64,000 nt of DNA from Candidatus Eiseniibacteriota bacterium (GCA_965224245.1 OZ245046.1:1376001-1440000); one strand, 5' to 3'. Counted from the stretch's first letter, positions 40,000-50,161 are shown. Made by a program: numbers and translations. The notes: generated by a model not told the origin, from the letters alone.

Positions 40000-41769
40000 T
40001 TTCCGGTCCGGTTTCCATTCGTCGGCGACGTCAAACAGCGTCGGAGCCGGGCCGCCTTTGTGCTCACGCACGACGCGCAACACTCCTTCGCCCGCGAGAT
40101 CAATCAGGTCTGACTTGACGGTCCGCTCGGTCGGTTGATGCACCCCCTCGTCAGCAAGCCACTGGTGCGCGTCCACCGATGAGAACCCCTCGACGCTCGG
40201 GAGCGGATAGATCGCGCCGCGTTTCACGTAGACTCTCCTGCGCTCGGCCATCCCCGACGCGCGCCGGCCGGCCGTCTTGATCGCCGGCGGAGCGGTCTTG
40301 AGGGCGTAGAGCGCGCCCGCGTGCGCGGAGTCCCGGGGGAATTGCCCGAGGTACGTCGGTTCCGTCGAGTCTCCCGCGTTGGTTTTCTCGACCTTGAACA
40401 TGATTGGATGCCCTTCGCGCGATCGGTCGATAACCGCATGCATGGTTGCGGGCGTGTTGCTCACGAACGTGCCGCCACCACTGATGTAGTCGTCGTGGAT
40501 CAGCGGGGCGTTTGACTTCCTCGCGTCCGCGCTGCCCTTCCGATAGTGATGAATGGCGAGCACGGCCGCATCCGTTCGGCGCGCGATTTCCTCAAGAGCA
40601 TTAGCGAGCGTATTCATGCCTTCTGAGGTCTCGGGGCATGCGGCAACACGTCGCACCGTGTCGAGGATGATAACGTCGGGCCGAAACTCACTCGCGAGCT
40701 CCTCGACACGCCGAAGTGCGCGCGGGTTCCGCTCGCCTCGTGACGTGACGAGCGGGGGAAGATCGAAATTCGGGCCGCCACCCATGACGCGGACGTTCCG
40801 CATCGCTAGGCGCTTGTCCGCGTCACTCGAGAGCGCCGCGTCAAGCGTGACGCCCCACCGGTATTCGATCGATAACGAGCCGGTGTGTTGCCCTGCGAAA
40901 GTCCGCAGCTCCGGACTGAGCACGAGCACACGCACCGGCTCGTGCACCGCGTGACCGAGAAATGGCTTTCCGGCCCCGAGACACGCGGCCAGTTGCAACG
41001 CGATAAACGTCTTTCCGACACCCGCCGGCCCGGCGAGTATTGTGTAACTCCCGCTCACAAGAAGCCCCAAACCGAGAAAGCAAGCGCCAGGTTGCAACGC
41101 GGTATCTTCGCGCCCGTCGGCGAGAAGCGTTTGCATATCGGGATAGCGCCGCAGCTCGGCAAGTAGCCCGCTCACGACGGGCGTACCCTCGGACGCCTTC
41201 GAGGCGCGCTCGCCTAGAGTGCCGAGGGCGGCGTAGGGGTCAACGTGCGAGTGCGCCGCCTCACTGAGACGGAGCGAGATCGCTTGGCATTCGCGCCGCG
41301 CCCGCGCCTCACCGAGCCTCTTCCATGCATCGTCGACGTCGTAACTCGACAGGAACATGCCGAGCGTTTGCTTGACGAACCATCGGAAGTCCGCATCCGG
41401 TCCGCCGCGAACGTCGGCCGTGGGGATACGATCAGCGTCTACGCAGCGGACGATCGCGGCCGCGTCGGTGGTAACGGCGTTGCCGTTGGCGTCGTCATGC
41501 ATGCGCCGCGTCGCCTCGACGATCGCCCAGCAATTAGGGTTGGCGAACAAGTCACTCGTGAGCGTCGACGCGCGTTCGTTGTCGAGGTTGCCGGTTGCAT
41601 ACGCGCCGGCGATGGCGGCCTCGGCGTCATAGTCCCGTGTCGGGTCGTCGGTGAGCGTGAGGTCTCGCGCGGTCTGTTCAGCGTAGGGGATGGCCTTCGT
41701 TGCCGTCCCCCTCACGCTGCGACGCACGCGGCCACTCGGGACGCCATTCACGCGCGTGGATGCCCTCAT
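39994..41769 (-). CDS. Replicative helicase, AAA_25/RepA-like with DnaB-N-like N-terminus
   Basis: DAEAAIAGA..DLF.NP; Walker A GPAGVGKT; Walker B VIILDT; IHHYRK; AGAGGAG RBS. Confidence 0.8.
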   Translation of the reverse strand: MRASTRVNGVPSGRVRRSVRGTATKAIPYAEQTARDLTLTDDPTRDYDAEAAIAGAYATGNLDNERASTLTSDLFANPNCWAIVEATRRMHDDANGNAVTTDAAAIVRCVDADRIPTADVRGGPDADFRWFVKQTLGMFLSSYDVDDAWKRLGEARARRECQAISLRLSEAAHSHVDPYAALGTLGERASKASEGTPVVSGLLAELRRYPDMQTLLADGREDTALQPGACFLGLGLLVSGSYTILAGPAGVGKTFIALQLAACLGAGKPFLGHAVHEPVRVLVLSPELRTFAGQHTGSLSIEYRWGVTLDAALSSDADKRLAMRNVRVMGGGPNFDLPPLVTSRGERNPRALRRVEELASEFRPDVIILDTVRRVAACPETSEGMNTLANALEEIARRTDAAVLAIHHYRKGSADARKSNAPLIHDDYISGGGTFVSNTPATMHAVIDRSREGHPIMFKVEKTNAGDSTEPTYLGQFPRDSAHAGALYALKTAPPAIKTAGRRASGMAERRRVYVKRGAIYPLPSVEGFSSVDAHQWLADEGVHQPTERTVKSDLIDLAGEGVLRVVREHKGGPAPTLFDVADEWKPDRKA

Positions 41770-41979
41770 CGCCGCAGCTCCTCTCACGAGCGGCTGGCAG
41801 GGTCTCCGGCGGCTGGCATTTGGCTGGTCAAACGGCGTCAGCCAACGCCAAGTACCGGTAACCCATCGGTTGACGAAGGCGACGAGATCAGGCGTGTAAC
41901 CCGTTGCGCGGGAAGGTAAGTAAGTGGGAGATGCCGACCTACGCGCGCGTTGAGTTGTTTCGGTCAGGATGGGGTTTAC

Positions 41980-42056
41980 TGGTACGCCCTACAGGATTCG
42001 AACCTGTGACCTTCTGCTCCGGAGGCAGACGCTCTATCCAGCTGAGCTAAGGGCGC
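41980..42056 (-). tRNA. tRNA-Arg(CCG)
   Basis: GCGCCCT..AGGGCGT-ACCA acceptor, anticodon arm TCTGC-CTCCGGA-GCAGA, GGTTCGAATCC T-arm. Confidence 0.97.
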
Positions 42057-42164
42057 ACGTCGTACCGGCCGAGGATGCTACCGCACCCGGGGACCGACAT
42101 GCACCCCTTTTGACCGGCGCCGTGCGGCGGCTGGAGCCACTCCGGGACCGTCCGTTCCGATCGT

Positions 42165-44096
42165 TCACTCGCCGGGCGCACGCGCACGCGACAGCGGAAT
42201 CTCCCCCCGGAAGAGCGCGAGGCTCGCCTCCGCCCGGCGGCCGAGTCCGTCGAGCTCGAGGGCCTCGCTCGCGGCGATCACCTCCTCGGTGAGCCGACAC
42301 GCGGTGTCGAAGTCCCCGAGCTCCGCGCAGGCCGCGGCCAGCGCGTGGACCGTCGTGGGGCTGCGATCGGGGTCGAGCGCGAGCGCCCGCTCGGCGAGCA
42401 CCTTCGCGCGGGGTGCGTCGCGAAGCCGCGCGTCGGGGCTCGTGGCCAGGAGCCAGGCCAGCTTCCCGGCCGCGGCGGCGTGATCCGGGTCCCGTGCCAC
42501 GGCGGCCTCGTACCGGGCCAAGGCCTCCTCCGGCCGACCCCGGCTCCATTCCCACTCGCCGAGCACGTACGGGGCGAGCGCGTCGTCCGGCGCGAGCACG
42601 TCCAGCTCGCGGGCCCCACGTGCCGCGTCGTCGAGACGACCGGCGTCGTACAGCGTGTGGACGAGGTCGGAGAGGATCGCCCGTCGAGCCCGGAGATCGT
42701 CCCGGAGCGGGAAGCTTCGGGCGCGATCGAAGTGCTCCGCCGCCGCGGCGAAGCGACCGGCGCGGCGATCGGTGAGTCCGAGGCTCATCTGGATTCGCCA
42801 CGTGTCGTAGCCGGCGTCCCGCGCGCTCTGCCAGAGCGTGGCCTCGTCGCGCCAGTCTCCGATGCGCACCACCGACCGGCGTGCCCCGGCGAGCACCACG
42901 ACGCCGAGAAGCGCGACCGTCAGCACCGAGCCGACGCGTCCCCAGCCTGCGCGGCCGCGGAGTCGGTCCCACCCGATCGCGAGCAGGAGGCACACCCCGA
43001 CCGACGGCAGGTAGAGGTAGCGATCCGCCAGATACACGTGCGTGAGCGGCAGCGCGTTGGACGCGGGCAGGGCCATCACGGGGACCCAGGCCATCGCGAA
43101 CCCCGCCGTCGGATGTCGGAGGGCGATCCAGATCGCACCCCCGAGCCAGACGGCGAAGATACCGATCCCCGCGAGGCTGGCCGGATGGATCGGCATCCGG
43201 CTCGGGTCCACCGGGTAGTCCACCGAGAGCGATGCGGGGAAGACGAGCAGGCGGAGTCGCTCGGGCACGTTGGACAGCACGTTGGCCAGCACGTTGGGGT
43301 AGCCGTCCATGCGTAGCTCGTTGACGGCCCGCACCCGCTCGACGCCGAACGGCGAGCCGCCGTCCCGGAGCGCCCACACGGTGGCGAGCCCGACGAGCGC
43401 GATCAGCGGCCATGCCCGGGCGGTGCGAGCCCACGCCGGCCGTCGGCGGTCGGTGCCGGCACCGTCGGGCTCGGGTGTCTCGAGGAGATCCACCAGCAAG
43501 AGCATCACCGGAAGCCCGGCGATCGCGACCTCCTTCGCGGCGAGCCCGAGCACGAACGCGAGCACGGACAGAGCGTACGAGATCGGCCGTGACCGGGAGC
43601 CTCGCCACAGGATCAGCGCGGAGAGCGCGAACACGCCGGAGAGGAGGTCCTTGACGTTCGAGAACTGCACGACGGCCTCGACGTGGACCGGATGCACGGC
43701 GAAGAGCAGCCCCGCCGCGAGGCCCACACCGGCACCCCGCGTCATCGACGCGGACAGCCACGCGACCAGCCCCGAGGCGATCGCATGCAGGAGCACGCTG
43801 ACCAGCCGGTAGCCGGGGACCCAGCCGTCGAACAGCGTGGCCTCCAGGCGAAGCGAGAGAAAGGTCAGGATGCGGTGTGGGACGAGGGGGATCGTCCCAC
43901 CGTCGCCCGTGAGACGGGCGTGCCAGCTCACGTCGTCGTAAGCGAGGGGCAGGCCGATCGTGCGGGCGAAGGTCACGCAGGCCGCGATGCCGGCGACGAT
44001 CGCGACGATCCGACGGTGGCGTGCGAACCTCGCGGTCGTTCGGACGGGCAGAGTGCCCGCCCCGTCGGCCGGTTGCCGGAGTGGCGGGTCGCTCAC
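42165..44096 (-). CDS. TMTC-like polytopic membrane protein with C-terminal TPRs (putative protein glycosyltransferase)
   Basis: YDD, LFAVHPVHVEAV, AKE, ADRYLYLP, WRDE.TLW, TPR repeats; start uncertain. Confidence 0.8.
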   Translation of the reverse strand: MSDPPLRQPADGAGTLPVRTTARFARHRRIVAIVAGIAACVTFARTIGLPLAYDDVSWHARLTGDGGTIPLVPHRILTFLSLRLEATLFDGWVPGYRLVSVLLHAIASGLVAWLSASMTRGAGVGLAAGLLFAVHPVHVEAVVQFSNVKDLLSGVFALSALILWRGSRSRPISYALSVLAFVLGLAAKEVAIAGLPVMLLLVDLLETPEPDGAGTDRRRPAWARTARAWPLIALVGLATVWALRDGGSPFGVERVRAVNELRMDGYPNVLANVLSNVPERLRLLVFPASLSVDYPVDPSRMPIHPASLAGIGIFAVWLGGAIWIALRHPTAGFAMAWVPVMALPASNALPLTHVYLADRYLYLPSVGVCLLLAIGWDRLRGRAGWGRVGSVLTVALLGVVVLAGARRSVVRIGDWRDEATLWQSARDAGYDTWRIQMSLGLTDRRAGRFAAAAEHFDRARSFPLRDDLRARRAILSDLVHTLYDAGRLDDAARGARELDVLAPDDALAPYVLGEWEWSRGRPEEALARYEAAVARDPDHAAAAGKLAWLLATSPDARLRDAPRAKVLAERALALDPDRSPTTVHALAAACAELGDFDTACRLTEEVIAASEALELDGLGRRAEASLALFRGEIPLSRARAPGE

Positions 44097-44587
44097 ATCA
44101 CGCCATCCGGCCGCGCACGGATCATCGATGCAGGTTTCGCGCGCACGATCAGCTCGTCTCCACGACCCACCCTCGCCTCGGACGTCGTCACTCCCGATAC
44201 AGCTGCCGCACCCGGGACCGGCTCGTATCGCGCTCGGGGACGATGTACTCGATGTAGAGTAGAACGACGTCTCGTGCGGCACGCCGAACACGACGTCGCG
44301 GGTGAGGATGTCGGGAATCCGAAGAACTCACTCTCGCGACCGGGATCGGCACGCCGCGTACGGCACAGCCCGGATCACGACAGTGTACATGACCTGTCCG
44401 AGGATCGAGCAGCGTGTCGTGGGTCCTCGGTGAGGCTGTCGGGTGGGGTGCCCGGACGGCGACGGGGCCCCGAGGGCCGAGCCGTGAAAGCGATCCCGGA
44501 CGCTCCGCCCGGAGGCGATCCTCCGGTGCGGCGCACGAGCGGCATCGCCGAGTCCGTCCCGGGGCGGACTCGGCGACGTGGATCGGG

Positions 44588-45529
44588 CTACCGGTACTCG
44601 GACTTGATGCGGCTCCAGCTCGCCGGCTCGACCGGAACGCGGGTCAGGCAGTCGCATCCCTCGGGGGGATTGATCGTGACGCCGACGTCGCTCCGGATCT
44701 TGACTCCAAGCACGCGCCCGCAGATCTGCGTCCCGTTGCCGAGCGCGATGATGCCGTTCGCGACGCACACGTCACCGGTGAAGACGCCGTTCTTGCCGAA
44801 GTGGAACGTCGTGTCGTCCGACGCCTGGCCGTCTCCGCAGACCCAGAACTTCACGTCCGTGAGCGGCTCCTCGCCGGCGCCGGTCACGCAGTAGCCGTCG
44901 TTCAGCGCGACGCGCTCGGCCACCCGGATCTCCGTGTTCGACTCCAGGACGAGCGTCACGCGCTTGCCGAAGAGGAGTGTGCGGAAGTCGTACTGGCCCG
45001 CGTGCAGGATGAGGGTGCTGTCGTCCTTCGGGTTGACGTCGCCGTATGCGCCGGGCGCCAGGTCGAGCGTCTCTCCGGGCTCCACGACCACGTCCTCGGT
45101 GCCGGGCGCGCAGGGGGGAGCATCGGGGACGACGGGGAGAATGCTCGCGTCGAAGGCCGTCGGTCCGGCATGCCGGACCTCGGGATCCCCGGTGCCGTAG
45201 ATGTCGTTGACGTACCAGTCCCAGACGCTCGTGTTGGCGTTGATGCGCATCGAGTGTGCGACGACCTGACTCCCGTCGGCCACCGTCACCGGATGGTTGA
45301 CACCGATCGACAGCACGGGGTCGTTCGTGTCGATGGCCTTGACGCCGACGTGGCCGCCGTTGATCTCCGAGAGTCCGACCGGGCCCATGCCGCCCTTGAA
45401 GTCGATCTCGTCCATCGCGTAGAGCACGTAGTCGTCGAGCTGGGTGGACTGCGAGTGAGCGACACCGGTTGCCAGGAACAGGAGCGAGGTCACGACGGTG
45501 AGGGCCCACGTGGATCGATGCCTGACCAT
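44588..45529 (-). CDS. Secreted beta-rich protein with C-terminal VEPASWSRIKSEYR tail
   Basis: Signal peptide ending AHS; beta-solenoid-like composition. Confidence 0.75.
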   Translation of the reverse strand: MVRHRSTWALTVVTSLLFLATGVAHSQSTQLDDYVLYAMDEIDFKGGMGPVGLSEINGGHVGVKAIDTNDPVLSIGVNHPVTVADGSQVVAHSMRINANTSVWDWYVNDIYGTGDPEVRHAGPTAFDASILPVVPDAPPCAPGTEDVVVEPGETLDLAPGAYGDVNPKDDSTLILHAGQYDFRTLLFGKRVTLVLESNTEIRVAERVALNDGYCVTGAGEEPLTDVKFWVCGDGQASDDTTFHFGKNGVFTGDVCVANGIIALGNGTQICGRVLGVKIRSDVGVTINPPEGCDCLTRVPVEPASWSRIKSEYR

Positions 45530-45974
45530 TCGTCTCATCCTCTCGGGATAGTGGGTGATTGCTGGGGTGCTGGGGCGCTCACCATGCCGTTTGGGCCACA
45601 CGGACGGCGGGACGCCACCGGACACCCGGGTCCGAACTCCCGGACACCGGGCGCCTGGCCGGAGTCACATGATGGGTGGCGAACCGGTGGCGCGCGTCAC
45701 CGCACGTAGAAGTCGATCGTGGAGACCACCCTGGCCTCGGGGATCATCTCGGGCTTCACGTCGTTGAGGCGTGTGGAGAGCACGATGCCGCGTCGGCCAC
45801 GCCAGCGGCCACCAAGGACGGCCGTGATGGCGAGGTGTCGGCTGGTGATCATGGGGCTTCCTTCGAGGCGCCGGGTCCGCGTGAAACGACTCGCATCCCG
45901 GATCGAGAACGCCGCGGCGGGTGTGCGGGCGACCCCACCGCGGCGGCACGATCAGTCGAGCGAGTTTCTCCGGA

Positions 45975-46544
45975 TCAGCCCTCGGCGGCCTTCTCCGGGT
46001 ACGGATGCGCGATCTTCGCCTTCATCTCCTCGAAGTCGAATCCATCGAACGTGGGGCTCTTGTCGTTGTGACACTGCGTGCACGTGTCGGCGGTCGGAAT
46101 CACCATCCCGGCGGCCATCGCGGCGTCACGATCCTGCATGATGCTCTTCTTCTTGTAGACCTCGCCCGGTCCGTGGCAGCTCTCGCAGCCGACGCCCTGC
46201 TCGACGGCGTACTTCTTCCCCAGCCGCTCGGCCGCGACGCCGTGCGCCGTGACGTGACACTGGAGGCACTCGTCCATCTCCTGGGGGTTGCCCTCCAGGC
46301 CGAGCGTCTTCACCACCTCGGCCGCCTCCGGCGTCCCGAGCGTCTTCCACGCGCCCGCGTGAGGCGACTCGAGCCACTTGCCGTACTGGTTCCCGTCCGC
46401 CTCCTTCTTGTGGCAGATCTTGCACCCGTCGGCACCGACGAAGCCGGGAGGGGCCTCATCCTGACCGCTGACGGGGCCGCTGAGTACGAGCGCGGCCGCG
46501 GCAGCGGTGAGCAGCGGCACGCCTCCCACTTTCATCCAGTTCAT
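45975..46544 (-). CDS. Cytochrome c554-family tetraheme cytochrome
   Basis: Signal peptide; CKICH, CLQCH, VGCESCHGPG, CTQCH. Confidence 0.9.
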   Translation of the reverse strand: MNWMKVGGVPLLTAAAAALVLSGPVSGQDEAPPGFVGADGCKICHKKEADGNQYGKWLESPHAGAWKTLGTPEAAEVVKTLGLEGNPQEMDECLQCHVTAHGVAAERLGKKYAVEQGVGCESCHGPGEVYKKKSIMQDRDAAMAAGMVIPTADTCTQCHNDKSPTFDGFDFEEMKAKIAHPYPEKAAEG

Positions 46545-46746
46545 GGCGTCACTCCTAACGCGAGGACCGATCCTGCCGTGAGGTGTCGAAGCGCCTGTCG
46601 AGCGCGGCACCGACGGAACATTGCACGCTCATCCTCGGAGATGTCCAGCCCTAACACCATACGGGATACTCCGTATAGTCGCGCCGATCTCACGAATAGG
46701 ATAAACCCCGGGAGATGCGACACGCTCCGCCGGTGAGGAGGATTGC

Positions 46747-48267
46747 GTGGCGAAAGCTCCGAACGCCGGTCGCGGCCAGGCCTTGCCCTCGGTCTTCTAC
46801 AACGTCATCACGGTGGTGGGCACCATCGTGGCGGCGACGAGCCTGGCACTGATCCTGTTCCTGATGGCGCTGGAGACGCTGGCGAGCGAGCACAAGCCCT
46901 ACATGGGCGTGATCGCGTTCGTGATTCTGCCCATCTTCCTGGTCCTGGGCGTGATCGTGGCCGCACTGGGGGTGCTGCGCGAGCACTCGCGCCGCCGCCG
47001 CGGCCTGCCGGCCACCCGCCAGCTCCCGATCGTCAACCTCAACGACCCCCGGCAGCGCCGGGCGGCCGGCCTGATCTTCGCAGGGGCCCTGGTGTACGCG
47101 GGCCTGACGGCGTTCGGCAGCTACAAGGCCTACGAGTACACCGATTCCGACGCGTTCTGCGGCACGACGTGCCATCGAGTGATGGCGCCCGAGCACATCG
47201 CCTACACGAGCTCACCCCACGCGCGGGTCGGGTGCGTCAAGTGTCACATCGGGCCCGGCGCGGAGTGGTTCGTACGCGCCAAGCTCTCGGGCCTCTATCA
47301 GGTCTACGCCACGGTGCTGGACAAGTACCCGAGGCCCATCGAGACGCCGATCCGGAACCTTCGCCCGTCGCGCGTGATCTGCGAGCAGTGCCACTGGCCC
47401 GAGCACTTCTACTCGGACAACTTCGTCGAGAACACGTACTTCGCCTCGGACGAGGCCAACTCCCGCTGGAAGCTCGACATGCTGCTGAAGATCGGCGGGG
47501 GGGCCGACGAGAGCCGCGGGACGCGTGCCGGCGTGCACTATCACATGTACGTGGCCAACCGGGTCGAGTACGTGGCCCTGGACGAGCGCCGCCAGGAGAT
47601 CCCGTGGATCCGCACCCAGGAAGCCGACGGTGCGGTGAAGGTGTACCGCAGCTCGCAGGGTGACTTCGACGCCGCCGCGCTCGATACGCTCGAGGTGCGG
47701 ACCATGGACTGCATCGACTGTCACAACCGCCCCGCACACCGCTACGAGCCACCGCCCCGTCTGGTCAACCAGGCGATGGCACGCGGGGGCATCTCGCCGG
47801 ACCTGCCCTCGATCAAGGAGGTCGCGGTCTCGGCCATGGAGCGAGACTACGCGACCACCGAGGAGGCCGAGATCGGGATCGAGGAGGCGATCCGCGGCTT
47901 CTACGAGAGGACGTATCCCGAGCTCGTTTCGAACGGTAGCGCGACCGCGATCGAGCAGGCCGTCGCGACCACGCAACGGCTGTACCGCGGCAACTTCTTC
48001 CCGGCGATGCGGGTGAGCTGGGAGTCGTTCCCCGACAACATCGGTCACCTGTACAGCGACGGGTGCTTCCGCTGCCACGACGGGCTCCACCAGACCGACG
48101 GCGGAGAGTTCCTGACCCGCGACTGCAACATCTGCCACTCGATCCTGGCCCAGACGACCGAGCAAGAGGGCGAGCGCATCGATCTCGGGGGCGTGGAGTA
48201 CCACCACCCCGAGGACATCGACGAGGTCTGGAAAGAGGAGAAGTGCACCGAATGCCACGCACCGTGA
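46747..48267 (+). CDS. NapC/NirT-family inner-membrane multiheme cytochrome (ImcH-like)
   Basis: Three N-terminal TM segments; CGTTCH plus six CxxCH (CVKCH, CEQCH, CIDCH, CFRCH, CNICH, CTECH). Confidence 0.85.
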   Translation: MAKAPNAGRGQALPSVFYNVITVVGTIVAATSLALILFLMALETLASEHKPYMGVIAFVILPIFLVLGVIVAALGVLREHSRRRRGLPATRQLPIVNLNDPRQRRAAGLIFAGALVYAGLTAFGSYKAYEYTDSDAFCGTTCHRVMAPEHIAYTSSPHARVGCVKCHIGPGAEWFVRAKLSGLYQVYATVLDKYPRPIETPIRNLRPSRVICEQCHWPEHFYSDNFVENTYFASDEANSRWKLDMLLKIGGGADESRGTRAGVHYHMYVANRVEYVALDERRQEIPWIRTQEADGAVKVYRSSQGDFDAAALDTLEVRTMDCIDCHNRPAHRYEPPPRLVNQAMARGGISPDLPSIKEVAVSAMERDYATTEEAEIGIEEAIRGFYERTYPELVSNGSATAIEQAVATTQRLYRGNFFPAMRVSWESFPDNIGHLYSDGCFRCHDGLHQTDGGEFLTRDCNICHSILAQTTEQEGERIDLGGVEYHHPEDIDEVWKEEKCTECHAP

Positions 48268-48323
48268 GCGTCTCGCGGACCGTGGCGTAGTTCCGCGCGC
48301 AACCGCGCCGAGAGGAGGGCGAC

Positions 48324-50072
48324 GTGTCCGACCGCCTGTCACGCTTGGAGGGCGAGCTCGCCGAGATTCGCCACGCCCTCGGCAACGTCGAGCGTCGCCT
48401 GCAGCACCTCGAGGACGCCCACGAGATCGCGCTCGCCACCGAGGAGGAGGAAGGCGTCCCGGCCGGGGCGCACGTTCGCCACGCGGTCCGCGAGGACGAG
48501 GCCGCGCCGGCGTCTCGTGTCGACTCGACGCGTCTGGTCACGCTCACCGGACGGACGCTGGTCATCCTGGGCGCCGGACATCTGCTGCGCGCGATCACCG
48601 ATTCCGGCCTGGTGGTGCCGGCTGTCGGCGTGAGCCTGGGACTCATCTACGCGCTGAGCTGGCTCGTCGTGACGCGACGCGCGAAGGCGCGCGGGAGGGT
48701 CCGGAGCGCGGTGGCCTACGGCCTCTCGTCGGCGGCGATCGCGTTCCCGCTCCTGTGGGAGGCCGTCACGCGTTTCGGCGCCATCTCTCCGACGCTCGGC
48801 GCGGTGGCGGTCGGGGTGGCCGGGCTCCTGTTCCTGTCGACGGCTGCCCGGTGGGGCCTTCGCGGCTTCGCCATCGTGGCGGCCCTGGGGACGGTCGTCA
48901 CGTGCTTCGCGCTCGGCATCCAGACGCGCGCGCTCCTCCCGTGTGCGCTGGCGCTGCAGGTCGTCTCCGGCGTCGCGCTGTGGATCGGCTGGGTCAACCG
49001 ATGGACGATCCTGGCCTGGTTGACCGCGCCCGCCGCGAACATCGCCGTCCTCGGCGTCGTGGCCACGCTCGGGGTCGAGAAGACCTACGTGACCCCGACC
49101 GCCGGCTGGGCGCTCGGGCTCTCGCTGTTCACGCTCTATCTCGTCAGCTCGATCGTTCGGCTGCGCCGATCCATCTGGCGTGAGGGCTCGCTGTCGAGCT
49201 TCGAGCTGGCGCAGAACGTCGCCGCGTTCGTCTTTGGCTACGGCGGGGCCGTCGTCGTCTCCAGATGGACGGGAGAGGGCGTGTGGGCCATCGTGGCGGT
49301 GAGCCTCGTGCTCGTGGCCGCCAGCTACGGGTCGAGCTTCGCATCGCTGGCCGGGCCGAAGCTGGATCGGCTGGCGTTCTCTCACTACAACACGGTCGCG
49401 CTGGCCCTCGTCCTGGCCGCGAGCTGGCTCGCGCTGCCCACGCCGTGGGCGGTCGTGCTCTGGAGCCTCCTGGCGGTGGCGGGTGCGCTGATGAGCAGCC
49501 GTCTCCGCCGGCAGACGTTCGGTCTCCACGGCGCGGCCTCGGTCTCGGCGGCGGGCCTCGGGTCGGGCGTCGTGACGACGGCGCTCCTGGCGTTCACGAC
49601 GTCGCCCGAGCGGACCCAGCACCTCCGGATCCCGGCCGAGGGCTGGCTGGCGCTCGCCGCCGCCGTCCTCGGGCTCTTCGCCTTCGGAGTGGTGCCCCCG
49701 GAGATCGGGCGGCGTCGCGCCGCGTTCTCACGCGTCGTCTTCTGGTGCGTGGTGCTGCTCGGGCTCGGTGCGGTCGCGGTGCCGGCGCTCGCGCCCATGG
49801 CCGGGGAGGGGGAGACGGCGGCCTCGAACCTGGCCTCGCTCCGCACCGTGGTGCTCGCGATCGCGGTGACCGGTCTCGGGCTCGTCTCCCGTACCGCGCG
49901 CTTCCGGGACGCGCGGTGGATCGTCTACCCGCTGCTCGTGATCACGGCGCTGAAGCTAGTCGGGCAGGATCTCCCGCACGGCCGGCCGACGACGCTCTTC
50001 ATCTCGCTCGGGTGCTTCGGCCTGGCCCTGATCCTGGCGGCGAGACTGGTGGGGCGGACGCGAAAGGCGTAG
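48324..50072 (+). CDS. Polytopic membrane protein (DUF2339-like)
   Basis: N-terminal coiled coil followed by many hydrophobic segments; KLVGQDL..LFISL near the C-terminus. Confidence 0.65.
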   Translation: MSDRLSRLEGELAEIRHALGNVERRLQHLEDAHEIALATEEEEGVPAGAHVRHAVREDEAAPASRVDSTRLVTLTGRTLVILGAGHLLRAITDSGLVVPAVGVSLGLIYALSWLVVTRRAKARGRVRSAVAYGLSSAAIAFPLLWEAVTRFGAISPTLGAVAVGVAGLLFLSTAARWGLRGFAIVAALGTVVTCFALGIQTRALLPCALALQVVSGVALWIGWVNRWTILAWLTAPAANIAVLGVVATLGVEKTYVTPTAGWALGLSLFTLYLVSSIVRLRRSIWREGSLSSFELAQNVAAFVFGYGGAVVVSRWTGEGVWAIVAVSLVLVAASYGSSFASLAGPKLDRLAFSHYNTVALALVLAASWLALPTPWAVVLWSLLAVAGALMSSRLRRQTFGLHGAASVSAAGLGSGVVTTALLAFTTSPERTQHLRIPAEGWLALAAAVLGLFAFGVVPPEIGRRRAAFSRVVFWCVVLLGLGAVAVPALAPMAGEGETAASNLASLRTVVLAIAVTGLGLVSRTARFRDARWIVYPLLVITALKLVGQDLPHGRPTTLFISLGCFGLALILAARLVGRTRKA

Positions 50073-50133
50073 TCGCGACCGCGCGTCGACATCTCGGGTC
50101 GTGGGCGTGTCGCACCAAGAAGCCCCACGAAGA

Positions 50134-50161
50134 CGCCCCCCGGGCGGAGCACCGGGGGGCG
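50134..50161. terminator. GC hairpin between convergent genes
   Basis: CGCCCCCCGG-N8-CCGGGGGGCG perfect 10-bp stem. Confidence 0.6.

Larger units (their letters stand above)
31068..41994. mobile_element. ~10.9-kb integrative element at the 3' end of tRNA-Arg(CCG)
   Basis: Direct repeat CTGGTACGCCCTACAG at 31068-31083 and 41979-41994; integrase at the boundary; visibly more AT-rich than the flanks; replication, TA and recombinase genes. Confidence 0.9.

Noticed and set aside
44100-44580. Possible decayed gene between the TPR protein and the secreted protein
   Set aside because: Only short fragments, with no recognisable family or RBS.
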